Of a stretch of DNA of 59,158 nucleotides, positions 25,121 to 36,995 are shown piece after piece. The translations under genes and the position numbers were made by a program. The stretch comes from Octopus bimaculoides (lineage: Eukaryota). The notes under the pieces were generated by a model. The model was given only the letters and a program-made list of their open reading frames with translations. It searched no databases and was not told where the DNA came from. Location of the stretch: NCBI RefSeq assembly GCF_001194135.2, contig NC_068986.1, forward strand, positions 4,173,307 through 4,232,464, in the 5' to 3' direction. Positions within the stretch are counted from its first letter, which is position 1. Every line of letters begins with the position of its first letter.

Positions 25121-25175
25121 TACGTATATATATATATATATTCACACATATATTCATACATGCATACATATATAT

Positions 25176-25420
25176 CATCATTTAACGTCCGCTTTCCATT
25201 TTGAGGTGGGTTGAATGGTTTAACAGGAGCTGGCCAAGCAGAAGACTGCAGCAGGCTTCAGTGTTTGACATTGGTTTTATGGCTGGATGCCCTTGCTAAC
25301 ACCAACCACCCTGCAGAGTGGACTGAGTATGTTTTATGTAGCACCAGCACAGGTGAGGTCAGCTTTGGCATGTTTTTTACAGCTGGGTGCCATTCCAAAC
25401 GCCAACCACTTTACAATGTG
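25176..25420 (-). mobile_element. Diverged RTE 3' tail
   Basis: CATCATTTAACGTCCGCTTTCCAT...GGCTGGATGCCCTTGCTAACACCAACCAC is the reverse complement of the RTE tail. Confidence 0.7.
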
Positions 25421-25559
25421 GACTGATCCTTTGTATTTTCTTTTACTCAAAGCCAGGAACTTTTCAACACCCCCCTTGTACATATACATACACACACACA
25501 CACATATATACACAAACACACACAGTGGTTAATTGTTAGATGGTGCTGCAATGTACTCT

Positions 25560-25995
25560 CTATGCTATTCCATCTATTTCTACACCATCTGAGTGTGATC
25601 GTTGCCACAGCAAGTGTCTGGCTTCTGTGCCAGTGACACGTAAATAGCACCATTTTAGCGTGATCGTTACCAGCGTCGCCTTCCTGGCACGTGAAAAGGC
25701 ATTCAAATGAGGTCATTCCCAGTGCTGCTGGACTGGCTCCTGTGCAGGTGGCACATAAAATACACCATTTTGAGCGTGGCCATTGCCAGTACCGCCTGAC
25801 CGGCCTTTGTGCCGGTGGCACGTAAAAGCACCCACTACACTCTCGGAGTGGTTGGCCTTAGGAAGAGCATCTAGCTGTAGAAACTCTGCCAAATCAGATT
25901 GGAGCCTGGTGTAGCCATCTGGTTCGCCAGTCCTCAGTTAAATCGTCCAACCCATGCTAGCATGGAAAGCGGACGTTAAACGATGATGATGATGT
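25560..25995 (+). mobile_element. RTE 3' UTR with internal ~50-65-bp tandem units and (GAT)n tail
   Basis: Units GTTGCCAGT...GTGCCGGTGGCACGTAAAA..CACCAT match the sequence directly after the RTE stop at 12300. Ends CCATGCTAGCATGGAAAGCGGACGTTAAACGATGATG. Confidence 0.88.
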
Positions 25996-26733
25996 TATTT
26001 AGCTCCAGTTGAGCAGAGCTATGATCAAAGTCATCCCACCGGTGACCATCCTTTTTCCTTTTTTGTTTTGTTTGAAAGTGTAGTGTAATTCGTTAAGATG
26101 GTAGGGTGTGTTTTGAGGGAGATTTTGTTGCTATTTCTAGGAAGGCGAGCAAGCACCTTGTGGTGGCCACAACTGTTAACCAGTACAAAGCAGTCATGTT
26201 ATATTTGATGTCACTCTACACACTTAATACTTTACTCAGCGGTTATACACGATGCTTTTTATCCTTAACTGCCCCAACGTCCACCCCAAAACAAACTGTA
26301 AAGTATAGTTTTGAAATTTAATTTATAAAAGTATAAAAAATAATTTCTGCATCATCAAATAAGTTTAAATGTGTTTTTAATTGTTATTGTACACCAACCC
26401 TAAACCTGGAAGTGTTTTTGTTTATTGCCAGATGAAATGTGTGTGAAGCAGAGCGCAGAAAGAAAGTTTGGAACCATCCACCCAACAGTTACCTTCAGCA
26501 TCATCATCAATATCACCATCACCATCATCAACACCACCACTATCTTATAGTAACTAAAGACTTTGAATGGGTGAAGTGGACAGTGATGACGACGATTGCA
26601 ACAACTCGACTGGAGACAATTATTATGACGATGATTATTAGTAATTGGAAACTGGACAGAGTAATAATTCATTAAAAGTATGAATGGAGAGATACGTCTG
26701 CAACTGATGCCGTACCGAAGCTCAGCATCACGA

Positions 26734-26765
26734 GCGCATGCGCCGTAAAACCATTCAACTTCCGG
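26734..26765. promoter_or_regulatory. Candidate housekeeping-type promoter: NRF1 palindrome plus ETS/GABP site
   Basis: GCGCATGCGC at 26734-26743 and ACTTCCGG at 26758-26765, in non-repeat sequence at the left edge of a CpG-retaining domain. Confidence 0.55.
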
Positions 26766-26895
26766 CAAATGCTTCAATAACAAGTTCATAAAAAATATAT
26801 ACATACACGTAATGTAAATATAAATAAATAAATATATATATACACATACATACACAGATATATATATATATATATACATACATATATATATACAT

Positions 26896-26929
<34 letters not shown>

Positions 26930-27772
26930 AAACCCACGCGCGCACGCACACACACACACACACATCTGAATATGTGTGTGTATGTGCCAGTGTGTGAGTG
27001 TATACGTCAATACTTTACTATAAATACATAAATAAAGCTAACCGAACGTGTCAGAACCTTTGGTTGCGTAAATGTTAGCGGTACGTGTTTTTGGATTTGG
27101 TCATACATCTGGATGGAATCTCATGTTACCGGTTAGTGTCTTTACGAATGTTCATTTTTTCTTCTAGTTCCATTCATTCTTCAGCCATAGAGATGAAGAC
27201 ACCGATATATTAATAAGATATTGATTTGGAGTCGTCGTTAGCGAAAACATTTCACTTCTCATTCATTCACTGTTGTAAATATGTCAATCTTTTTTTTTCT
27301 TTCGGTTTCTTTCTTGCGACAAAATTCAAATTATAAATATATTGTTTTAGTTCATCTTTCATCATATGTGCAATTCTAAGCAATATCAATTTACGTACAT
27401 CATCGTTATTTTGTATTACGGGTAAAATATTCTGAATTTTACCTTGTTTTTGTATTTTCTTTAATTAAACGTTGCCTGTTTCTTTATTTAATGATTATTT
27501 CATTTGTAATTCATTTCGAAACGCTGTTTTATTCACATATACATACATATATACACTTAGGCGCAAGGTTGTATTAAACACTTGTTCTGTACCACACAAT
27601 AAACAACATAATTTTCCCGTGGCATAAAGCGACTTTTCTAATTGTGTGGAAGATATAGTCAAGTGATTGTGCTGTGATATACCACAGTATTACAGACTAC
27701 GACTGAATAGAAAGTAAAGTGAACCTGAAGAGTAATTTACTGTTGGAACCGTGACGTACTAAAGACTGGGTT

Positions 27773-29365
27773 CTATTTAGTTCTAGAGTTTGCGTCACAA
27801 CCATCGCCTTTGTATGATAATGTTGACGTACTTGAGAGAAAGAGAGAAAGCGGGAATGTATAGACGGAAGGTGTGAGAGAAAGAAAGTCAGATAAAAAAG
27901 GGAATATATCGTCGAGAGAGTATTGAGAGAGAAAGGAAGTCAATATGTGGACGAAGATTGGCAGACAGAAAGAAAGAAATATTGGGAGTATACAGACGGT
28001 GCGTGGGAGACAGGGAAAGCGGGAGTATACAGACGAATGGTGACAAAGTGACTTGGAACATTTCTTTGCTTTGTTTTTCGAATTTAGTTTTAGTAGAGAG
28101 TAATAAATATAATTTTGTTAAATGTTTCACCTGTTCTGTTTTAGTTACCGAAAGAGATTCAGCCTCTTGTCAACTTTGATTGAGCAGACCTGTGATGAGA
28201 GGCATTCCATCTGTGAATATTCTGTCCCCTTAATGAGGACATCATCAAATAAGTCTTTCCCATTTTTAAGACGATACAGTATGATTGGAACTAAATTTGG
28301 ATGTTAGCTCTAACAAGCCTATATACTTCGTTGTTACGTTTAGCCCTGACTGTGCAATCCTATGACCAAACGCGTTCCAGTTGTAATCATTTCATCTTTT
28401 TTATTTTTTTACATAGACATAATGTACCCGGGGTTACATTATCCAATGTACCCTTTCCGTTTTTAAGAGAGAAACATCATTGCTATTTATAGCAGACTAT
28501 ATTACCGTATAGAAGTTCCATCCCAAATCGCTAAACGTCTAATCAACACGTGGAACACATTCTGGTCTGTTATTGTTGTCGCTCTGGTAATTCTGTATGC
28601 TTCCCTAATTAGTCTACAACAATCTGTTAATCTCTATAACGCACTGGTTTCAGCACTACATAATTTAGTATAAGTGCGGTTAATAGATACTAAGAGGGTA
28701 TTAATTTTTACTTTCGTTCATCGGGTGGCGTGAAGAGTTGTAAAACATGCCAACGCTTCTCTCCATTTAAGTTTCCTGGAATGAACGTATAAACTCCATA
28801 ACATGTATGCATGTAGCATACGTGCAAACACATGTAAAGTAATTTCACCCTTGTGTACTGAAGTGACATGTACACCTATAGAAAAATGAGTGCATGTACA
28901 TTTGTGTACACACGCACTAATTCGCACTCACACATCTACAGTTTACTGAGATTTAAAATTTTCGTTTCGGTTGGTTGGTTTAGTGGATGGGGCAGTGCTC
29001 ATCACCTACTTAGGCCCTCCGAGGTAGGTGAAATCGATGCTATTAATGCTTCTCTTGAACCATTGCAAATCAATATCTGCGGAAGAGAAATGAGCTGAGA
29101 GGGAAGTTCCAGTAGACCAATGTTTTAGGAAGCAAGACTGAGAAAAGTAATTGACGCAGGGTCTTGGTGTGGTTGACGAGAGGATGTTGGAATCACCCGA
29201 ATTGAGTTGGCGTGAGCCCAGCAAACTCACTGGAGTTAAAACCATTATAGCAACACTAGAAAACAACACATAGAAGAGTAGTTGAAGCGTGTCTGTGGGT
29301 GACATTATACCAGACAGCCGGGTAGCACCTGTCTGGGTGCGTTTTATGTCTGGCCTGCTTGAACG
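27773..29365 (-). CDS. Speculative compact multi-exon ORF (exons 29231-29365, 29010-29076, 28712-28775, 28506-28613, 27773-27830), ~123 aa with hydrophobic N-terminus; unknown product
   Basis: Canonical AG/GT sites (donors GTGAGT, GTAGGT, GTAAAA, GTAATA; pyrimidine-rich acceptors at 29077, 28776 and 27831) join in frame. No homology recognised. Confidence 0.25.
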
Positions 29366-29689
29366 CTGCAAAATACCTTTCATAAATCTTAACCATACAT
29401 ACACACGCACATACATTTGCGCACCTGCATATGATAGAGGTGCACACTTTTGCATATTTACACATGCGCAGGGACTTTCAAAGCAGTGATCAGATATGGC
29501 CGTGTGGTTAAGTTTTCTTTGCACTTTCCTTTTTTTAATGTTTATTTAATATCAAACTATGAAGCCCAGAAAGGATTCTTTATAGATTTAACGAACTTCC
29601 GTACAAGTTTCTGTCTACAAAATCCCACCCATATGGTATTGGTAGTAAATTTGAAAACCGTGATTAAAAAAAACACTTGCCCAAGTTGT

Positions 29690-30100
29690 ACAGTAGAATG
29701 GATCCCAGAATTACAGAGTTGCAAAATACACTTCTTTACCTATACAACTCTGTCTGACCGCTGTTGGAAAGCTTTTAATCATAGGTCTGCTCAATCAGGG
29801 CAGATCTGGGTCTAAACTGTGTGCGTCTTAATATTTGTCGCTCACCTCTTGGTTTGTTTGTGTCCCTAAGTTAGCGGTTCAGCAATAAGAATCCGATAGA
29901 ATAAGTGTTAGACTTTAAGCAACTCCTTAGGTCGATTTTATCGACTAAGCTCAAGGCAGAGCCCCAATATAGTGGCCGTAACCCTAACCACTAACCCTAA
30001 AACCCTAACCCTGACACCCTAGTGAAGATCATGCGGGTGTTAATCTGAAAAATTACCGCCCCAATATAGTGGCAGTTCAATGACTGGGACAAATACAATA
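29690..30100 (+). mobile_element. Decayed SINE family A carrying a telomere-like insert
   Basis: 3' half similarity (CCGATAGAATAAGTG...GTCGATTT..TCGACTAAG..AAGGC). Insert at 29977-30057. Confidence 0.7.
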
Positions 30101-30984
30101 ATAAAAGACGACACCCATAAAAAGCTTAAAAGAAGACGGATGACAAATATCAACAATTCATATTGTGTCAGACGTGATTAAGTACCTTCCAGCTGTACCC
30201 ATACTCTCTTTTTATGGGAATCTGGGACTGCATGATCTAGTCTTTTATTTCTTTATTGAAGACGACCGGGCAGTACCTTCCAAACATTTATGGGTTTGTT
30301 TTAATAAAAGAAATATGATAAAATAAAATAGATAAAACACTAAATATGTTTCAAATATATTGAATATTGTAAAGTTGCAAAAAAAAAAACAACAACACAT
30401 TCCAGCTTACATGTGTTAATTAAACATACACGATCAGATTAGGTAATTATTATCGTTTTATTTTTCATTTTAAATCTGTAAATATGAAAGTCACAGGAAT
30501 AAATATTTTCATCTCATAAAGGATTTGTTGGAGATGTGGCTGCTGTTTCTAGCAAGCCAGACCATTACGTATGCTGTATTTGAGCTGTGTGTGTGTGTAT
30601 TCTGTTGATATGCAATATTGTATATTTAACAGCTGTTGATCTGAAGAAGCCACCTGGTTTTTATTACGCAGTGCATGTAACGACTGGTTTGCAGTAGCTC
30701 ATTCCTTCACATTAACTCACTAAGCACCGACATTCACTACCAGTGTGTGTGAACTCATTTCCCCATTTTTTTGTGTTATTTTTTCATGTTCTCTTCGGTT
30801 GAACGGTTCGTCTTGGTCTGCATCACTTTCTACGCACTATCACAGAGAAAGTACAACTTAAGGTGTTTTGAGTTCTCCTCAATAGAAGGGTTATTGTTTC
30901 CTGCATCTTTTTCGTAGTTAAGGCCCTACAGCTTGCGGGCTGGGGTCCATGTATGACTGATATACTTTGTGTGTGTGTGTGTGT

Positions 30985-31022
30985 CAGTAGCATACCGGAA
31001 GAAGTGCTTAGCAACATTTCTT

Positions 31023-31061
<39 letters not shown>

Positions 31062-31320
31062 TTTTTACGTTTTGAGTTCAAATGCCGCCGAAGTCGCGTT
31101 TTGTCTTTCATCCTTTCGCGGTCAATGAAATAAGCACCAGCTGAGCATTGAGATCGATATAATCGACTTGTACCCCGCCCCCACATGTCAGGCCTTGTGC
31201 CTTTAGTAGAAAGGATCATTATTATTATTTGTCTTTCATATTTTCGGGGGTCGATAAAATAAGTACCAGTTGAACACTGAGGTAATCGACTCATTCCCTC
31301 CCCGCAAATCTCTGCCCTTA
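30985..31320 (+). mobile_element. Rearranged SINE family C pieces with a poly(T) tract
   Basis: TTGAGTTCAAATGCCGCCGAAGTCGC..CTTTCATCCTTTCG..., with a second GGGGTCGATAAAATAAGTACCAG segment. Confidence 0.75.
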
Positions 31321-31353
31321 TGACAAAATTTGAAACTATTAACTATTATTATG

Positions 31354-31445
31354 CAAGAGTGGTGACTGTGACATCGAAGTTTCGGATTGTACATTCCGAT
31401 GAAGGCTAACAGGCTGAAACTTCCAAGTCACTGTCACCACTCTTG
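31354..31445. repeat. 92-bp hairpin element with 32-bp inverted arms
   Basis: CAAGAGTGGTGACTGTGACATCGAAGTTTCGG ... CTGAAACTTCCAAGTCACTGTCACCACTCTTG. Confidence 0.85.
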
Positions 31446-31759
31446 TAAAAGTATAATAAATATGTACTCTGTATTAGGTACATATTTGATGAAAAATTGT
31501 TTTTAATATTCAACATAAAATGCATCGTGTGTGTGTGTGTGTGTGTGTGTGTGTACACTCACACATGTTTATCTCCGAGTCAGTGCTGCTCGAGCAGACT
31601 TCTTATTCAGAGGTGTTCCATTTGTGACCGTCTCATCTTTTTGGTGTATTCAAGGTTACATCATCAGATGTATCCCTTCTTATTTCCGACGGTAGAATGT
31701 GAGGGAGAGAGATTTAGCTGCTCTATCTCCTAAACTTGGTCTGTGCGTGTGTACGTATG

Positions 31760-31813
31760 GTCGCTATGGTAAACAAATGAAAAAGCTGGTGTGCGCTTAG
31801 TGTTGAAGTGACG
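31760..31813. promoter_or_regulatory. Candidate promoter: X-box-like (RFX) overlapping a forkhead site, plus CRE half-site
   Basis: GTCGCTATGGTAAAC (31760-31774, one base longer than a canonical X-box), GTAAACAAA (31769-31777), TGACG (31809-31813). Confidence 0.35.
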
Positions 31814-31879
31814 CCTAAATAATTTTTGTTTAGCTTTCTCTCGCTTCTTTAAACCTGCAAGTTTTATCAGATTTGTATT

Positions 31880-32335
31880 ATCCGTGGCCAGTAATACAGT
31901 CACAATTTTGGTTAGGGAAAAAAGTCACAGGAAAAAAATAGTCACAATTAATTTATGGTGGCCGGTAATAAAGTCACAAGAAAAAGTCACAATTTTGTCT
32001 AGGAAATCAATCAAAAATATTCAAGTCAGTCACAATTTATTAAAGTACCATAAACAATTAAAGTAATAAAACAAGATATTTTAAATCAGTTATTAACTGG
32101 CAGTACATAACTTGTACATATTCTTTTCTACTCAAGACACAAAGCTCAAATTTTTAAGTACCAGTCGACTGGTACTTAATTTATCGACCCTGAAAGGATG
32201 AAAGGCAAAGTCGACCTCGGCAGAATTTGAACTCAGAACGTAAAGACAGAAGAAATAATGACTTGTACATATTGACAACACTATATATGATGGCATTACA
32301 TGTGACTTCTTTCCCTGTGACTTTTTTTCACCTGG
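31880..32335. mobile_element. Non-autonomous DNA element with repeated AAAGTCACA units in inverted termini, interrupted by a SINE C copy (~32130-32250, minus)
   Basis: Left side has multiple (A)nGTCACA(G/A) units; right side has TGTGACTTCTTTCCCTGTGACTTTTTTT. Confidence 0.6.
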
Positions 32336-33225
32336 TATCTCCCCCATCCATTATTGACAGCCATATATAATATCCACTACCACAGGAAATCTGTTTAATA
32401 TCCCATATGAGAATGTATATTTTAGTATCCTTATGAAATATGTAATCCCATATGAGCAGGCCTATCACCAAACTTTGGTGCCTAGGAGCGCTTCAGAATG
32501 TTCTGGGTGGGCAATAATCTATATATATAAAATTCTTTGTCTGTCTGTTCCCTATGCATTCTCAAATGGCTCAACCAAATCCAATCAAATTTTACAAGGT
32601 AATAGTAGTGTCAACATGTAATTTTTTTCATTTGGATTAAAACAATATATCATTGGCACTGGTTCAGTATTATGTGTCAAAAGTAAAAGAACAAGATCTA
32701 TATTGTAATGTGATATAGTATTATTTCACTTTTAATTCTAATGTGATAAGACTATAATATTGTTTTACTTTTGTTCTTTGACTTTTAATTCTAATGTGAT
32801 AACACTAACGTCATCTTATTTCTATTATATTTATGAGACTTTCCCAAGATCAGCAAAAGCATGCTGCAGCATGTCAGATGGAGTCCCAAGAGGGAAGGGA
32901 GATGAGATTTACCAAAGACCAGGAAAGGCATGCTGCAGCACTTAATGCTGACTCATTAAAACAATATTTTAATGATTAGACAGTGGTCCAATAGAACAGC
33001 TCTCAGAGGTGTCAAAACTTCAGACGATGGGTTGTGTTAGACACAGCACCAACTGCCATAAAGGAGAGTATGTCCACTGACAGCTTTTAGGTGTGTTCAA
33101 AAATCATAGGCCCCACCCCCAATTCTCCATGACAGGTTACAACCTGGAATACTCCCATCATTTACTCCAAAAATGTTCTGCCGTCCATGCTGCATTTTCC
33201 CATATCACTTGTTTCAACATAACTG

Positions 33226-33262
<37 letters not shown>

Positions 33263-34002
33263 CAATACTATTCTAATCCTGAGCAGCAATGTCGTGTATC
33301 TCTGCTAGTTTGTAATAATGCTAAAGTGGAGATTTGTAATAAGTGTATCACTGTAAATCTGAGGGTGCATCATAGAATAATAATGTGGGCAGTACTGCCC
33401 AATGCACCCCCACTTTAGTGGCGGGCATGCATATGAGATACATGTAAGATTTGTGTAATATAGCAATGACTGGAATTCAGTTACAATTACTTTGATAGTT
33501 ATTCACATAGAAAGCTAAAAATGTATCCAGTATATTTGAGATGTCCATAGTTTATTTTGTACTTGTAGAATCAGATCAATTGTCTCTTATGCATCTATAT
33601 GCATATGTTTACGTATGCCAGGCATTAGCAATCTTGTTTCAAGAATTGGGCTGCCTGAGACATGGTTTATTATTAGGTGAGCTGCACACCTAAAAAAAAA
33701 AAAAATAAAATAAAAAAAATCAAGGTAATTTTTTGTTAAGCTGCCAGTCAGAAAGTCCCATGGACTGCAGGTTGTCCATGACTGTGCATACATATATATA
33801 TATATATATATATTATTGGCATAACTAACCTTTATTATTATTATTAAGGTGGCTATTCTCAATTTACAGCTGCAAGGCAACGAGTTTAGGATTTACTAAA
33901 TTGACTGAAGGTGCTATTCAGCACTAGCATTGCTAGAAATAAGAGTCAAAACAACTCTTAGCCACGCGAGTGCATACATACATACATACATACATACATA
34001 CA

Positions 34003-34033
<31 letters not shown>

Positions 34034-34417
34034 GTGTATATATATATATATATATACACAGATACATAGTCTGTTAAAGTCTGTTATACCGGCCATGATG
34101 AAATACTACAAGGTATAGAAAATACGTATTCGCCTTTATATATTTAATCCTTTATATTGAACACTCAATATTTCATCTATTCAATAAAACATTCAATACT
34201 TTATTTCATTGTACCATCCATTTTTATTTTATATTATATATTGTATATTACATTATATATTGTATATTCCATATTCTATATCCCACATTGGTTTTGCAGG
34301 AATATAAATAAAACATAAAAAACAGACAGTGTTGGAACTCTTTTAAACAAAATATTATATTCCTCTATACACAATCATACAAAACCCCTTTTTTTGTATT
34401 TATTTTTACTCGCATGC

Positions 34418-34464
<47 letters not shown>

Positions 34465-34496
34465 TATATTTATATTATCTGAAAATATATTGTATT

Positions 34497-34678
34497 ATAT
34501 ATCCATCATCACGGCTGATCTTACCAATGGAAGGGAATATGACGACTGCTATCGCCATATACCATTCCATATCGGCTGTCTCTGATGACCATAAGGTTAT
34601 ATAATCGGATTGTTGCCTAACACTCCATTGTATTCCTTGTGCAAAATGAATTGGTAAGATCAGCTATGATGGATATAT
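34497..34678. mobile_element. MITE-like element with ~30-bp TIRs
   Basis: ATATATCCATCATCACGGCTGATCTTACCAAT ... ATTGGTAAGATCAGCTATGATGGATATAT. TA-rich ends. Confidence 0.7.
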
Positions 34679-36570
34679 GATACTATATATTTTTGGATAA
34701 TATACCCATTCTATTGACAGATATACAAGTACATCTTTTCCCTGACTTATGGTCTCTTAGACGACTTGTGCATGTATGTATCTGTGTGTGTGTGTATGGG
34801 TACAGGGATTACATACATAAATCTTACATGTTGAACTTCACGACTGTTTCACATAGCTTGACTATACCTTTGACAGCTTGTAGCTGTAATCTTATGATTA
34901 GTGCATGTGCATTTATGTGTAGATGTATGGATGGATGGATGTACGAGATACACGCACATATAATGTGTATGTACATATGCATACATCCACATCATTAGCC
35001 ATCACGCAAATCTAACGCCCTTTTGTATATGTATTTTTCTCAGGTGAGACTATTTCTCTACTTCTCATCTTTTGTTGACATTTTGTTGGTAATGTTTTTA
35101 TCAATTCTCTGTGTTGGAAGTTGAGAATACTGTCTATATCAATGATATTTCTGACAGAAAGTGCCTCAAGTATCATTACAGTCAAATCATATCCTTGAGG
35201 TAGATAAATACCTCGTTGACATTTTAAGACAAAGCTGTTTATGTGATATATTCCTCTCTTCCTTCAATTCACTCTACAAAGCTGATATTTTCTGCTACTT
35301 CTTGTCTGTTGTTTACACAATTTGACGTCTTTTGTTTAAAATATATATATACTTTGCTTCTTTTTTTTTTTTTTAAATGTTTTTGAACATTGGATCTCCA
35401 AGCCTACATAAAGCTATAAATAGTAACATGTACCTGTACATTAGTACAAATTATTTGAGTTGATACTGTACTGTGCAAGGTATTGTGAAAGAGGATCTCC
35501 CAGTAAACTCGTGGGGCGGCCACTGGCATTTGATATTCCTACTCATAAACCTAGTATTCACATGTTATCATTTATAACTTTGTCTGATTCATGATCCAAT
35601 GTTGAAAAAAAAAAAGAGAATAAAATCACGTTCTCTCGAAAGTTTTATAAATTCTAATGGCGTCAACAAGATGCATTTTTAACTCTGATGTTAAATGTTG
35701 TAGGTTGCCATTCCTTGTCAATTCCGATATTCTTTTCCAGTTGACATGAATGCAATACATTCCTGTATGACGTTTTGTTAAATACCAGTATAATGTAGAC
35801 TTTCTGGAGATTGGTGGTCCAGAACATCTTATAATCCGCATTCAACAAGTAGGGACTTCAAATTCCCGCTGTCACCAGACTAATTTACTGGGTAGTCTTG
35901 TTTGATAGTAAAATGCACTGTACCGTATTAATAAACTTGTCTCATATATACTCATGTGCCGGTACATGATTTTCATTTAATAATATATATAAATGTAATA
36001 ATTGTTTAATTTAAAGGTGATGACCCCTGGCTCGGAAAACCCAATAACCTGCAAAGGCTCTAGCACTCAGGAAAATCGATGTTGTACATATATTTCCCAC
36101 TAGCTTGAAAGCCACCCTATTGGATGACTTTTAAGCTAGCTCCTGTGGAAGGCTCTTCATTGGGCCTTGAGCCCAATAATGACACTTCATGCATTGAGTA
36201 CATATTAAATTTTATTAAACTTGACCAATAATTTTTCAAGCAATGAACAAATTGATATAGAATGTCGACTTGGAACTTATTGCAAAGCTTCATGATAAAC
36301 CACGTTTTCCCATTCAGGGGTCAGTACAATTTTTTATTTCTGCCGAACCTCTTTCACTCTCTCTCTCTCTTTCTGTTGATTGTTTTCAATCATCACCAGC
36401 ACAACCACCATCGCCACCACAACTGCCACACATATACCAGTCAGACTTTTGACGTCACCAATAAACACCTTTAACTTCGCCGCTTTCCCCTCCACTACCG
36501 TCATCTCTGTCTTTTACGTCCCTTACTATCATCGTCATGCTTGACTGCCTCAGCTACCACCATCATCACC

Positions 36571-36928
36571 GTGGATCTATTCCATTTCATGTGCAGATTA
36601 AAAAAATTTTTTAACTAAACACTTTGAAACTTCGGATACTGGTAAAAGGTGTCACATAGAACAGGGTTTACTCTTTATGTTTTTGACAAACTTTTGTATC
36701 TTAGAAGTTAATTCATGTTAAAGTTGTTGTATTTGGGTAATTTTAACCAATCAATGACGTGTATTCTGCTCTAGAAAATTACTGCTGCTGTTTGCGAACA
36801 ACTTCCGGGTCCATTGACAAAATGATGAGTCTTCGTCAACAGAAAAATTTAGACTGAAAATCTCCCCTAACAAAACCCTTCTTTAATAACCTGAGATGTT
36901 TTTATAGCAACATATATGAGAATGTGTA

Positions 36929-36995
<67 letters not shown>

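Noticed and set aside
25560-25860. Repeat-spacer-like pattern suggesting CRISPR
   Set aside because: The units are degenerate, have no unique spacers or cas genes, and lie in a LINE 3' UTR in a eukaryote.
29256-29465. FKQARHKTHPDR resembling a DnaJ HPD motif
   Set aside because: No J-domain helices around it and the frame closes soon after, so it is likely chance.
33622-35088. Small plus-strand exon candidates (33622-33676, ~34727-34779, 35044-35088)
   Set aside because: They can be chained in frame, but the peptide is unrecognisable and one donor lies in a microsatellite.
36010-36190. GTGATGA box C-like motif suggesting a C/D snoRNA
   Set aside because: No properly placed CTGA box D or terminal stem was found.
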